28,760 bases of DNA from Candidatus Micrarchaeota archaeon (GCA_043806595.1 JAZDGU010000040.1:1-28760); one strand, 5' to 3'. Numbered from the stretch's first letter, positions 1 through 8,489 are shown. The notes: generated by a model not told the origin, from the letters alone. Numbers and translations: made by a program.

Positions 1-395
1 AGATAGTCCTGCACGTAGGTCTGCATGGCGAACGCGCTAGCCGGGTTGATCCCAGGCGTGGTCACGGTCAGCGTGACCTTCTTGTTGGTCAGGTCGCACG
101 CGGCTCCAGTGCCGCCGGTCCCTCCTGCGCAAGACAGGGTGTCGGTTCCGAGCACGGTCACCGGTTGTTCCTTGTACGCGAGGTTTCCTAGCATGGCCGC
201 GATGTTACCCGCTGCTACTGCGTCGGAAGCCGCCGCCCTGGATCCAACCACGACCTTGACTGCGGGCTCTCCGTTCGTAAGGAACTGGAAAGACCCCAGG
301 CCGGAGTCGACTTGGACCGCTGCAGCGAACGAAGATGCCAGCATGGCAGCCCCGGCCGCAACCGCAGCGATTCTCTTTACGTTCATACTCTTCAC
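1..395 (-). CDS. S-layer protein, N-terminal part (runs off the window's left edge)
   Basis: Not in the ORF track; translated by hand from GTG 395 (in-frame ATG at 386): MKSMNVKRIAAVAAGAAMLASSFAAAVQVDSGLGSFQFLTNGEPAVKVVVGSRAAASDAVAAGNIAAMLGNLAYKE... The signal peptide plus the 'KVVVGSxAAAxDxVxAxxIAA' motif match the Methanococcales-type S-layer N-terminus. SD-like GAGGGGAG lies just upstream. Confidence 0.88.
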   Translation of the reverse strand, partial: MKSMNVKRIAAVAAGAAMLASSFAAAVQVDSGLGSFQFLTNGEPAVKVVVGSRAAASDAVAAGNIAAMLGNLAYKEQPVTVLGTDTLSCAGGTGGTGAACDLTNKKVTLTVTTPGINPASAFAMQTYVQDY

Positions 396-667
396 ACATC
401 TCCCCTCGAGATTGCCTCCGCCGGCGGTTTCCGCCAGCGGGGTCTTTCGGAAAACACACAGATGCGGGCGGCATCCGCGTGGCGAGCACAATCAGGGGGC
501 TTCCGCCTGAAAAGCACGTTTCATGGGCCGTATCAAAACCACGATGGTCCGTATTATATTCCGGCGGGCATGAACGTCGCTTTTCTCTGCACCGCAAAAA
601 AGGCAGGTGCAGACAGCGGGCGCCCCTGGCTGTGCGCCTAACCGTTGCCCATTTTCCCATATTTAAA
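396..667 (-). promoter_or_regulatory. S-layer promoter (TTTAAATA, 667-660) and ~240-nt structured 5' leader
   Basis: TATA box on the minus strand, followed by several inverted repeats (613-617/629-633, 586-593/606-613, 510-525/569-584, 461-465/471-475, 423-427/431-435) before the SD and start codon. Confidence 0.55.
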
Positions 668-823
668 GATATGCCTGCCCTCCTGACAAACGACGAAGAA
701 TTGTTCGGATGGAGACGTAAAAGCCCCTGTTTTTACCTCTGAAATCAAATGTTCGGAAATTGACGAAAAACCGGGCTGACGGCCTCTATCGCCATATGAC
801 GAACAGAGGATATAAGCCTTTGG

Positions 824-961
824 TTACACCGGAAGGAGCCCGAAGACCACTGCCGCGAGGACCACCACGCCGACCAGCTCCAGCAGCACGAACACCTTCA
901 TCTTGTGGCTCAAGGAGAAGCCCTTGGCCCGCCTTTCCTTTGACAACGCCTTCCTCTTCAC
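824..961 (-). CDS. small (45 aa) tail-anchored membrane protein
   Basis: Not in the ORF track. GTG 961 follows SD GGTGA, which overlaps the Pcc1 stop. MKRKALSKERRAKGFSLSHKMKVFVLLELVGVVVLAAVVFGLLPV*: basic N-terminus, one C-terminal TM helix, host-like GC3 codons. Confidence 0.7.
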   Translation of the reverse strand: MKRKALSKERRAKGFSLSHKMKVFVLLELVGVVVLAAVVFGLLPV

Positions 962-967
962 GCCAAA

Positions 968-1363
968 TCACCCTGAAGCGATTCTGAACGCATCGGCCGC
1001 TACCTTGAGGTCGCGGAGCAGGGAAACGCTCCTTGCCCGAAGCGAAGCCAATGAGTCGGCTTCGACTATATATAGCAATGCCCAGCCTCCTTTGCCGGCC
1101 TGCGACGCCCGCCTTTGAAGCGACACGTGCAACACTGTCCGCCTTGGCCTGCCTTCCTGCCCTCCGGCGCCATTGGCCCTGCCCGGCCTGGCAGCCTTGC
1201 CTGCCCGCCAGCCAGCTTCTGCCCTGCCGCCCTTGCCGGCCAGCCCGCCGGACCTACCACGCCGGACCAGCTTGTCCGCCCCGAGGTCGTCGCCGGGAAC
1301 TGCTTTGAGCGCCACTTCCGCCTGCCGCCTCTCCGAAAACACGATCTCGAAGGTTGCTTTCAT
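968..1363 (-). CDS. pcc1: KEOPS complex subunit Pcc1-like protein with a Gly/Arg-rich insertion
   Basis: N-terminal MKATFEIVFS..QAEVALKAV.GD and C-terminal LYIVEADSLASLRARSVSLLRDLKVA fit the Pcc1 pattern (A.DL..LRA..NS.LR.+KVA). Start taken as ATG 1363. Confidence 0.72.
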   Translation of the reverse strand: MKATFEIVFSERRQAEVALKAVPGDDLGADKLVRRGRSGGLAGKGGRAEAGWRAGKAARPGRANGAGGQEGRPRRTVLHVSLQRRASQAGKGGWALLYIVEADSLASLRARSVSLLRDLKVAADAFRIASG

Positions 1364-1377
1364 GGGGGTACGCCCGT

Positions 1378-2163
1378 CTAATGCGTGCACTTGTAGGCCT
1401 CGGTTCCGTTAATGAAGGCATTGCCGGTGCATGACGCGTGGGAGTCACAACTTGTTTCTGCGCAGTCGGCGTCCCCGCAGTTGCGGATGTCGCACGTTGT
1501 GGCGGTTATGGCATTATAGGATATGACATTGTCCTTCACATCCCCCAGGTCAAGATACACGCCGTACTGGGATGCGTATATTACATTTCGAGTAATCGAA
1601 TTTTGCTGGGTGCTACCCGAAGCCAAAAAGACCCCATAGTCGCCTCCCTGAACGAGATTATATGAAATTTGGGCATAATCCTTCGCAAGTTCTATTCCTT
1701 TCGGGAAATTGCTAATGGTGCAACCCGTGACTGCCGCTCCGTCCGCTTCAACCCGGATGCCAACGGTTCCCGAATCCCCGGCGGTTACCGCATGCCCCTG
1801 GCAGTCGATGTGAACGTTGTCTTCGGTTATCTTAATGCAAGGCTCGCTAATCCCATTGTCCTGAATAATTGAGCCTTCAAAGAGCCAATCGCCGGCAGAC
1901 AGGGTGTCGCCCGGGCAGGCGGCCGAGGCATAGTATGCCGGCGGGCTGACTGGAGGCAGGCTGGGCACCGCGGTGCCGTTGGGGGCTGGAGGGATGCTCG
2001 CGAGGATGTCGATTATGCCGCCGCCGGTGCGGTTGATGCCGCTCTCGGCCTCGCCGAAGAGGTTCGTGCGCGTGATCATTATAATCAGGACGACGAAGAG
2101 CATCGCCCCTCCAACAAGGAAGAGGTGCTCGACCGCGACTTGTCCCCGGGGTTTCGCTGCCAT
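1378..2163 (-). CDS. type IV pilin-like (class III signal peptide) protein with a parallel beta-helix domain
   Basis: From ATG 2163: MAAKPRG/QVAVEHLFLVGGAMLFVVLIIMI (class III cleavage motif plus hydrophobic helix), a Pro linker, then PbH1/NosD-like repeats (CIKITEDNVHIDCQGH, GIRV, GIEL, GVFL, GVYL, N.I..N) and a Cys-rich end. Confidence 0.82.
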   Translation of the reverse strand: MAAKPRGQVAVEHLFLVGGAMLFVVLIIMITRTNLFGEAESGINRTGGGIIDILASIPPAPNGTAVPSLPPVSPPAYYASAACPGDTLSAGDWLFEGSIIQDNGISEPCIKITEDNVHIDCQGHAVTAGDSGTVGIRVEADGAAVTGCTISNFPKGIELAKDYAQISYNLVQGGDYGVFLASGSTQQNSITRNVIYASQYGVYLDLGDVKDNVISYNAITATTCDIRNCGDADCAETSCDSHASCTGNAFINGTEAYKCTH

Positions 2164-2171
2164 GAAAGGGC

Positions 2172-4028
2172 TCACTGCTTCTTCTTGACCGACACTTCCT
2201 CGCCGCACTTGGGGCACGAGTAGACTATCTGCTCGGGCGTGGGCCTTATCTTTGGCGAGCAGTTGGCGCACATGCCGCTCCCGCAGTACGGGCAGAATAT
2301 GATGCGCGAGTTCTTGGAATGGCACGTGGGGCAGCCCATCGACTTCTCGGCCTCGACCTTGACGAAGGCTATCTTGGAAGCGGGCTCGGGCGCCGCGGGC
2401 GCGTTCATGCTGCGGAGCCGGGCGAAAATCGAGGCGACCTCCGGAGGCTTCTCCGCGGGCTGTGCGGCCGGGCCGCCCTTGACGAGGTCGTCGAAGGTTA
2501 GCTCCGGCCGCGGCTCCTCCTCGCCCTTCCTCTGCCGCTGCTTCTCCGCGGGCTTGGGCGGCTGGTTTACGGAAAGGGCCGACCTGATTCCAGTGGAGCG
2601 CTGGTTTTCCTTCAGCTGGGTATATACGTCGGAGACGAGGCTGTCGAACTCCTTGGTCTGCGCCACGGACCTGTCCGCGATCACGCTCACGTCGCTTTCG
2701 CCGGCCGGGGACATGTAGAGCCTGCGGACCATCTGCCTCTTCGCCGCTGGCTTGTCTTCCGTCATGGAAGGCGCGAGGTCCTGGGCGATTTCCATCGCCT
2801 CCATGTCTTCCGGAGAGGGCGGCGCGCGCTCGGGGCTCGCGGGGGAGGCGACATTGATTGGGCCGCGGTAGGTCATGATGACGTGCTCGCCCTCGGGCTT
2901 GCTCTGCTGCAAGCGCACGGTCTCGACTTCCGGCTGCGGCATCGGGATCTCGGAAAGCGGTTCCTTCCTCTTCTCGTCCACGACTTGGCTTATGGCGGCA
3001 AGGTAGCCGGGCTTCGGCGGGCCTGCGGGCTTCTCGGGGGCGGCGGTAGTCTCCTTCTTCGGGGCCTCCGTTGGCTTTTCGGGAGGGTGCAAAACTTCGA
3101 CGGAGGGGCCGGATTCGCGGCGTTCCCAGTACGGCGCCGGGGAGGGCGGCGCGGGGCGGAGAATGGACTTGGGGATTTCCGGCTTGGCGGGGGGAGCGGC
3201 CGGCCTGGCCGCCGGCTTTTTCGGGGAAAGGAAGCCGAACATGCTGCTGAAGAACGAGGGCTTGGGCTCGGCGTACGCCTCCTCGTTGCGGAGCTTTAGG
3301 ATGAGGCGCTTCTTTTCCTCGGGAAGCTCCCCGCCTTGCCGGGCCTGCGGGGAAGGTGAAGGATGCGGCGCCGGTTTTTCAGGAGGGGCAGCCGGCGCGG
3401 GCTGGCGCGGCACGATTGGCGAGGGCGTCTGGATCGGCGAAGGATGCGGGGCGGGCTGCACTGGAGCGGGGGGATGCGGAGGGGCTGCCGGCTTGGCCGC
3501 TTGCTGCGGCGGCTGGGGCGGGGCCTTGGGCTTGGCGGCCTCAAGGGGCTTCCTCTCCAGTTTCCCGAAGTCGAGCTGCATGGGCTCAAGCGGGGTGGAG
3601 GGCGCGGTCAGCGGCCTTGCCTGCGGCTGCAGCGGGGGAACCGGCGGGCGGGCTGCAGGCTTGGGGGCGCGCGCCGGCTGCGGCGCCGGCATGGGGGTGG
3701 TCAAGGGGATGCCGACTGTGAGGAACTGCGACTGGGAGAGGACGAAGTATATCTTGAGGACGGCGAACGCCGCGAGGAAGAGCAGGAACAGCACCAGCGG
3801 GAAGAACCCCTGCCGCGCCATCACCTCGGAGGCGTCGTAGCTGTAGTCGATGGCGAAGGCAGCGGCTGCAAGCAGCAGCCCCGACAACGCGGAGACGCCG
3901 AGGCGCTGGTTGAAGTCCATCGTGCGGACCTCGGGGTAGGAAAGCCGCAATAGGAGGTACCCGACGGCTACCGAGCCCAGCCCGAAGTATGCGTAGAACG
4001 CGATGGACAGCAGCGAGAATCCGGCCAT
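2172..4028 (-). CDS. membrane protein: 3 N-terminal TM helices, long Pro-rich disordered region, C-terminal 8-Cys zinc finger
   Basis: 618-aa ORF with strong GC3 bias and a leaderless start ~20 nt from TATA 4049-4056; C-terminal CPTC-x9-CPYC-x4-CANC-x14-CPKC. Confidence 0.85.
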   Translation of the reverse strand: MAGFSLLSIAFYAYFGLGSVAVGYLLLRLSYPEVRTMDFNQRLGVSALSGLLLAAAAFAIDYSYDASEVMARQGFFPLVLFLLFLAAFAVLKIYFVLSQSQFLTVGIPLTTPMPAPQPARAPKPAARPPVPPLQPQARPLTAPSTPLEPMQLDFGKLERKPLEAAKPKAPPQPPQQAAKPAAPPHPPAPVQPAPHPSPIQTPSPIVPRQPAPAAPPEKPAPHPSPSPQARQGGELPEEKKRLILKLRNEEAYAEPKPSFFSSMFGFLSPKKPAARPAAPPAKPEIPKSILRPAPPSPAPYWERRESGPSVEVLHPPEKPTEAPKKETTAAPEKPAGPPKPGYLAAISQVVDEKRKEPLSEIPMPQPEVETVRLQQSKPEGEHVIMTYRGPINVASPASPERAPPSPEDMEAMEIAQDLAPSMTEDKPAAKRQMVRRLYMSPAGESDVSVIADRSVAQTKEFDSLVSDVYTQLKENQRSTGIRSALSVNQPPKPAEKQRQRKGEEEPRPELTFDDLVKGGPAAQPAEKPPEVASIFARLRSMNAPAAPEPASKIAFVKVEAEKSMGCPTCHSKNSRIIFCPYCGSGMCANCSPKIRPTPEQIVYSCPKCGEEVSVKKKQ

Positions 4029-4048
4029 AAGCCGATTACAGCAAGCGG

Positions 4049-4056
4049 TTTAAATA
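4049..4056. promoter_or_regulatory. bidirectional TATA box (TTTAAATA)
   Basis: About 20-23 nt from divergent starts at 4028(-) and 4080(+). Confidence 0.6.
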
Positions 4057-4079
4057 GATTTGGCGTGCTCATCAGCAGA

Positions 4080-5387
4080 GTGAGAAATGTGGCCCGCCAG
4101 ACTTTCTGCAAAATCGGGGATTTGCCTTCGCTCGAGGGCAGGACCGCGAGGGTGCGAGGCTGGATCTACCGCACGCGCTCCAGCGGCGGCGTCGCATTCG
4201 TGGTGGTGCGCGACAGCACCGGCGCCGTCCAGTGCGCGGTCAAGAAGGACAGCGTGGCCGCCGGGGATTTCGAGGCAGCTGCCAAGGCGCTCATCGAGTC
4301 CGCTGTCGAGGCGGAGGGCACTGTGACGAAAGACCCGCGCGCCCCGGGCGGCTATGAGATCCAGGCCAGCAAATTCAGGGCGACGCAGTTTGCCGAGCCG
4401 TTCCCGATTTCGAGGGACAAGTCGCCTGAATTCCTGCTGGACATCAGGCACCTGTGGATACGCTCGAGGGAGATTACCGCCGCAATGAAGGTCAAGGCCC
4501 ACGTTCTTGCAGCATCGAGGGAGTTCTTCCGCGAAAGGGGCTACTGGGAGGTCACGCCGCCGATAATCGTCAGCGGCGCGTGCGAGGGCGGCAGCACGCT
4601 GTTCGACTTCGACTACTTCGGCAAGAAGGCGTTCCTATCGCAGAGCGCCCAGCTTTATCTCGAGGCCATCTCGTTCTCGCTCGAGAAGGTGTATGCGATC
4701 ACGCCGTCGTTCCGCGCCGAGAAGAGCCGCACTCTGCGCCACCTCGCGGAATACTGGCACATGGAGGGCGAGGAGGCGTACATGGACCTCGAGGGCCTGC
4801 TGAAGTTCGAGGAGGAACTGGTTGCCACGGTATGCCATGAAGCGGCCAGGCGGTGCCCAGCGGAACTCGAATTATTGGGCCGCGACCCCGGGGAGCTGCT
4901 TGCGGTGAAGACCCCGTTCAAGCGCCTTCGCTATGCCGACGCACTGGAAATACTGCATGAGAAGAAGAGCACGCTGGCGCACGGCGAGGACTTCGGCGCC
5001 GAAGAGGAGAAGCTCCTGACCGCGGACGAGAAGCAGCCGATCTTCGTGACGCACTTCCCGAAGAAGATCAAGGCGTTCTACATGAAGGAGGACCCAGACG
5101 ATTCCTCGCTCGTGCTGTGCAACGATTTGCTCGCGCCCGAGGGCTTCGGCGAGATCATCGGCGGCTCGCAGAGGGAGGACGACCTCGGGAAGCTCGAGCG
5201 CCGGATCAAGGAGACCGGCCAGGACCCGAAGAACTTCGAGTGGTACCTGGACCTGCGCCGCTACGGCAGCGTCCCGCACTCGGGATTCGGGCTCGGCGTC
5301 GAGCGGCTCGTGCGCTGGATCTGCAAGCTGGAGCACATCCGCGACGCGACGCCTTTCCCGCGCGTGATAAACCGCTCGTACCCGTGA
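4080..5387 (+). CDS. asnS: asparagine--tRNA ligase
   Basis: N-terminal OB fold (VRGWIYRTRSSG..F.VVRDSTG); GACEGGSTLF, LSQSAQLYLE, FRAEKSRT.RHLAEYW, GEIIGGSQRE, WYLDLRRYGSVPHSGFGLGVER. Start uncertain (GTG at 4065, 4080 or 4089). Confidence 0.95.
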   Translation: MRNVARQTFCKIGDLPSLEGRTARVRGWIYRTRSSGGVAFVVVRDSTGAVQCAVKKDSVAAGDFEAAAKALIESAVEAEGTVTKDPRAPGGYEIQASKFRATQFAEPFPISRDKSPEFLLDIRHLWIRSREITAAMKVKAHVLAASREFFRERGYWEVTPPIIVSGACEGGSTLFDFDYFGKKAFLSQSAQLYLEAISFSLEKVYAITPSFRAEKSRTLRHLAEYWHMEGEEAYMDLEGLLKFEEELVATVCHEAARRCPAELELLGRDPGELLAVKTPFKRLRYADALEILHEKKSTLAHGEDFGAEEEKLLTADEKQPIFVTHFPKKIKAFYMKEDPDDSSLVLCNDLLAPEGFGEIIGGSQREDDLGKLERRIKETGQDPKNFEWYLDLRRYGSVPHSGFGLGVERLVRWICKLEHIRDATPFPRVINRSYP

Positions 5388-5565
5388 CGGCGGCTCGGGG
5401 CAATATGAAAATAAGGCGTGTGCATTCAGCCGCATGCGGAGAAGAACCGGCTCAAATGAATCAAACCGATACATTGCTGGACTATAGGGGAAGGAACCGC
5501 GGAGAAAAAGTATTTATCGGAGTGGCCGCAAAATGGCGGTGTTGAAAAAAACGGGGTAGTTTGCA

Positions 5566-6630
5566 TTGGCTTTTGAGAGTTTTTCCGCGTACTTGGACTG
5601 GGAGGCGTTCGGGAACACCGGCCACGAGTACGCGCTGGCGCTTCTGGCGTTCGCGGCAGCGATGGTCGCGGTCTGGGCGTTCAAGAAGATCATACTGGCG
5701 AGCCTGCGCGGCATCGCCAAGAGGACGAAGAACCGATTCGACGACTACGTAATCGACTTCATCGGGGAAATCAAGACGCCGTTCTACGTGGTGGTGTCGC
5801 TCTACTTCAGCGCCAACTTCCTCTTGCTTCCCGCCGTCATTTCAAAGGGCCTCGACTACGCGATGGCGTTCGCGATAATGTATTACGCGGTGAAGGGCGT
5901 CAACCGCGTCATCTCGCACTTCAAGGACTCGCTCGTGGCAAAGCGTAAAAGGGAGGGAGAGGAGGACAGCGCGCTCCTGGACACGATGGAGGCCATCGTG
6001 CACTTCGTCGTGTGGGCCGTGGCCGCGCTGGTGGTGCTGGACAACCTCGGCTTCGACATCGGCGCGCTGCTCGCCGGGCTCGGAATCGGCGGCATCGCCA
6101 TAGCGATAGCGTCGCAGGCCGTCATCGCGGACATCCTCGCAGCGTTCAGCATATACTTCGACAAGCCGTTCAAGGTCGGCGACTTCATCATCGTCGGCCC
6201 AGACATGGGCACGGTGAAGAGCATCGGCATCAAGACCACCCGCATCCAGACGCTGCAGGGCCAGGAGCTCGTCGTCTCCAACCAGGAGCTGACCAGCACG
6301 CGGATAAACAACTACAAGCGCATGGAGAAGCGCAGGATACTGTTCGGCTTCGGGGTCGTCTACGGCACGCCCGTCGCGAAGCTCAAGAAGATCCCTGCCG
6401 TCGTCAAGGGAATCATCGACGCGGTCCCAAAGTGCAAGGCCGACCGCGTGCACTTCAAGAAGTTCGGGGACTTCTCCCTCGATTTCGAGGCGGTCTACTA
6501 CCTGGACACCCCCGACTACAACCTTTACATGGACGTCCAGCAGGAGATCAACCTGAAAATCGCCAGCGCGTTCGAAAAGGACGGGATCGAGTTCGCGTTC
6601 CCGACCCAGACGGTCTACGTCAGGAAGTGA
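5566..6630 (+). CDS. mscS: small-conductance mechanosensitive channel (MscS family)
   Basis: LLAGLGIGGIAIAIASQ, DKPFKVGDFI, GTVKSIGIKTTRI, GIEFAFPTQT; TTG start after GGGGT. Confidence 0.93.
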   Translation: MAFESFSAYLDWEAFGNTGHEYALALLAFAAAMVAVWAFKKIILASLRGIAKRTKNRFDDYVIDFIGEIKTPFYVVVSLYFSANFLLLPAVISKGLDYAMAFAIMYYAVKGVNRVISHFKDSLVAKRKREGEEDSALLDTMEAIVHFVVWAVAALVVLDNLGFDIGALLAGLGIGGIAIAIASQAVIADILAAFSIYFDKPFKVGDFIIVGPDMGTVKSIGIKTTRIQTLQGQELVVSNQELTSTRINNYKRMEKRRILFGFGVVYGTPVAKLKKIPAVVKGIIDAVPKCKADRVHFKKFGDFSLDFEAVYYLDTPDYNLYMDVQQEINLKIASAFEKDGIEFAFPTQTVYVRK

Positions 6631-6641
6631 GCCAGGGGGGG

Positions 6642-7820
6642 TCAGAGCAGCTTCGCGGCCTCCTCCAGCTCGCCTTCGCTGACGAGCTCGAAGAACCTCT
6701 CGGGGTCGTCCAGCGCCATTCCCGCGGCCGTCAGCCTCTCCTTCAACAGCGCCATGCCCATCTCCTTGACGCCCTGCTTCTCATCGCGCAGCCTGCGGAG
6801 GAGCTCGATCTTCTCCTTGAGCTCCATGGACTCGAATTCCTTCTCGAAAAAAAGCCGCAGGCCCGGGAACTCGGCTCGCAGCGGCTCGAGGTCGACGGAA
6901 GAGGACTGCACCCCCTTGGCGAGCGTGCCTTTCGCGACGACGCGCACCTGAGGCGGCATCGCCGGTTTCTTTTCCGAGATCGCCTGCAGGCGCCTCCTTA
7001 TGCAGGCGACGACGTCCTCCGCCGAGGCGTCCCTGAATTCCTCCTCCGCGAGGAAGAACGGCCGGCTGTTGATGTGCCTGAATTCCGCCTGCAGGGTCTT
7101 GGTGTCGAACAAGTAGAAGCCCTTGGCCTCCTCCTCGCGCTGGCGCATCTGCGTGATGACGGTGCTGCCGGCGACGAGCAGCCTGCGGCCGTCCTTCCTG
7201 ATTTCGTTGCGCCAGTGCACGTGCCCGTCGACGTAGAGGTCGAAGCCCGCCGGCAGCTCGGAGAGGGAGACGAAGTCCGCGCGCTCGTAAGGGAGGAGCT
7301 CGCTCAGGCTCTGGTGGAATACGAAGATATTGAAGCAGCCCTGCAATGGCGCAAAGGACGCCGCCTCGAGCGTGCGCCGCAGGTAGTCCTCGGGCACGCC
7401 GGCGAGGCCCTGCAGGCAGACCCTCTCCCCGCCCTTCTCGAGGACGAGCGTCCGGGCATGGAAGTTCACGAGCAGCCCCGCCGCATCCAGAATCTGTATG
7501 ACGTTGACCAGCCCCTTGCTCCGGCGCTCGTGCGTCCCCGGAATCGCGAGCAGCGGGATTCCCTTCCACTCGACTGCAGACTCCCCGCCTTCGCCTACGG
7601 CTTTGATGGCAAGCGGGTTGCTGGTCCGTTCAATCAAGGAGGAGAAGAGCTGCACCGCTTCGTGCACCGTCTCCTGCCGGGGCACGCGCGAGTCGAAGAC
7701 GTCGCCCGGCAGTATTATCGCATCCGCCTGCGCGGCAGCCGCAAACAGCGCCTCCTTGGCCTGCGGCAGGGCGTCCTCGCCGTAGCCGAAGTGCAGGTCC
7801 GAGACAATCGCTAGCTTCAA
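6642..7820 (-). CDS. mre11: DNA double-strand break repair nuclease Mre11
   Basis: Metallophosphoesterase motifs SDLHFG, GDVFD, GTHE, FHQ and GHVH, followed by a capping domain and a helical C-terminus; TTG start after AGGTG. Confidence 0.88.
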   Translation of the reverse strand: MKLAIVSDLHFGYGEDALPQAKEALFAAAAQADAIILPGDVFDSRVPRQETVHEAVQLFSSLIERTSNPLAIKAVGEGGESAVEWKGIPLLAIPGTHERRSKGLVNVIQILDAAGLLVNFHARTLVLEKGGERVCLQGLAGVPEDYLRRTLEAASFAPLQGCFNIFVFHQSLSELLPYERADFVSLSELPAGFDLYVDGHVHWRNEIRKDGRRLLVAGSTVITQMRQREEEAKGFYLFDTKTLQAEFRHINSRPFFLAEEEFRDASAEDVVACIRRRLQAISEKKPAMPPQVRVVAKGTLAKGVQSSSVDLEPLRAEFPGLRLFFEKEFESMELKEKIELLRRLRDEKQGVKEMGMALLKERLTAAGMALDDPERFFELVSEGELEEAAKLL

Positions 7821-7832
7821 CCAATCACACCT

Positions 7833-7970
7833 TCAAAGCCATGGCAGTGAGACGGGGATGGCGCCCGAGAACAGCGCGAGCAAGGCGAATATGGCCATCA
7901 CGTGGTACTGCCTCTCGTAGTAGAGGAAGCAGAAAACAAGCACCCACATGATGAAGAACCCGAACTCCAT
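7833..7970 (-). CDS. small (45 aa) two-TM membrane protein
   Basis: MEFGFFIMWVLVFCFLYYERQYHVMAIFALLALFSGAIPVSLPWL; GC3-rich codons; SD-like GGGGGT; TATA-like CTTTTTAT at ~8015-8008; stop 12 nt before mre11. Confidence 0.7.
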   Translation of the reverse strand: MEFGFFIMWVLVFCFLYYERQYHVMAIFALLALFSGAIPVSLPWL

Positions 7971-8057
7971 CGCCGACCCCCCAGCTTGGCTTTCTGCCGT
8001 GCAAGGCATAAAAAGGCGTCGCATGGGGATGGGGGAGAGACCCGGAAGGGAACCCGG

Positions 8058-8459
8058 TCAACGCCCAGCGGCGCGGGCAAGCACGTGAACCCTGCCGAGG
8101 ACCCTCCGTCCGGTCGCGTCGAATACCGCGAATTCCGCGTCGGGCACCCCGTGTTCCTTGAGTGCGGAGCAGACGGCCGCGAGAAGCCGGCGGTCCTCGA
8201 AGTGGTGCACGGCGCCGTGCATCTCCACGGCGTTATCCTCGTGCAGGTACCAGCCCCGGGCGAATACGTCGGCCTTCGTTGCCCGGGCTTTCCGGTGCAT
8301 CGACTCCTTCAACAGAAGGGCGAGGTTTTCGTGCTTCTCGCCGGCGTTCCCGATCACGAGACGCCCAGGGGGATGCACTAGCAGGGTCCTGCCCGGAGTC
8401 CTTTTCGCCTTGTGCGCGCGGCTCTCGAAGACCGAGATCCCGCCGATGTTTTCGGCCAT
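8058..8459 (-). CDS. hypothetical basic protein (133 aa)
   Basis: ATG 8459 lies 23 nt from the shared TATA at 8483-8489; ORF fills the gap between genes; no family recognised. Confidence 0.6.
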   Translation of the reverse strand: MAENIGGISVFESRAHKAKRTPGRTLLVHPPGRLVIGNAGEKHENLALLLKESMHRKARATKADVFARGWYLHEDNAVEMHGAVHHFEDRRLLAAVCSALKEHGVPDAEFAVFDATGRRVLGRVHVLARAAGR

Positions 8460-8482
8460 ACGGGAAAAAGCGGGCAACATGC

Positions 8483-8489
8483 TTTTAAA
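8483..8489. promoter_or_regulatory. bidirectional TATA box (TTTTAAA)
   Basis: Nearly equidistant from divergent ATGs at 8459(-) and 8512(+). Confidence 0.6.

Noticed and set aside
25..742. ORF-track ORFs 25-510, 205-660, 312-641 and 335-742
   Set aside because: They are antisense or out of frame to the S-layer gene and its leader; the real CDS is the open-ended minus-strand frame starting at 395.
5533..5565. ATG 5533 in frame with mscS through a TAG at 5557-5559 (possible amber readthrough or uORF)
   Set aside because: The ATG is too close to the TATA (~5511-5517) to lie within the transcript; GGGGT plus TTG 5566 explains the start; TAG is a normal stop elsewhere in the window.
6012..7814. 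600-aa plus-strand ORF and other long alternative-frame or antisense ORFs (24203-26041, 26553-28379, 10482-11753, 22926-24302)
   Set aside because: Shadow ORFs caused by high GC3; they overlap well-supported genes and have Arg/Gly/Ala-rich, motif-free translations.
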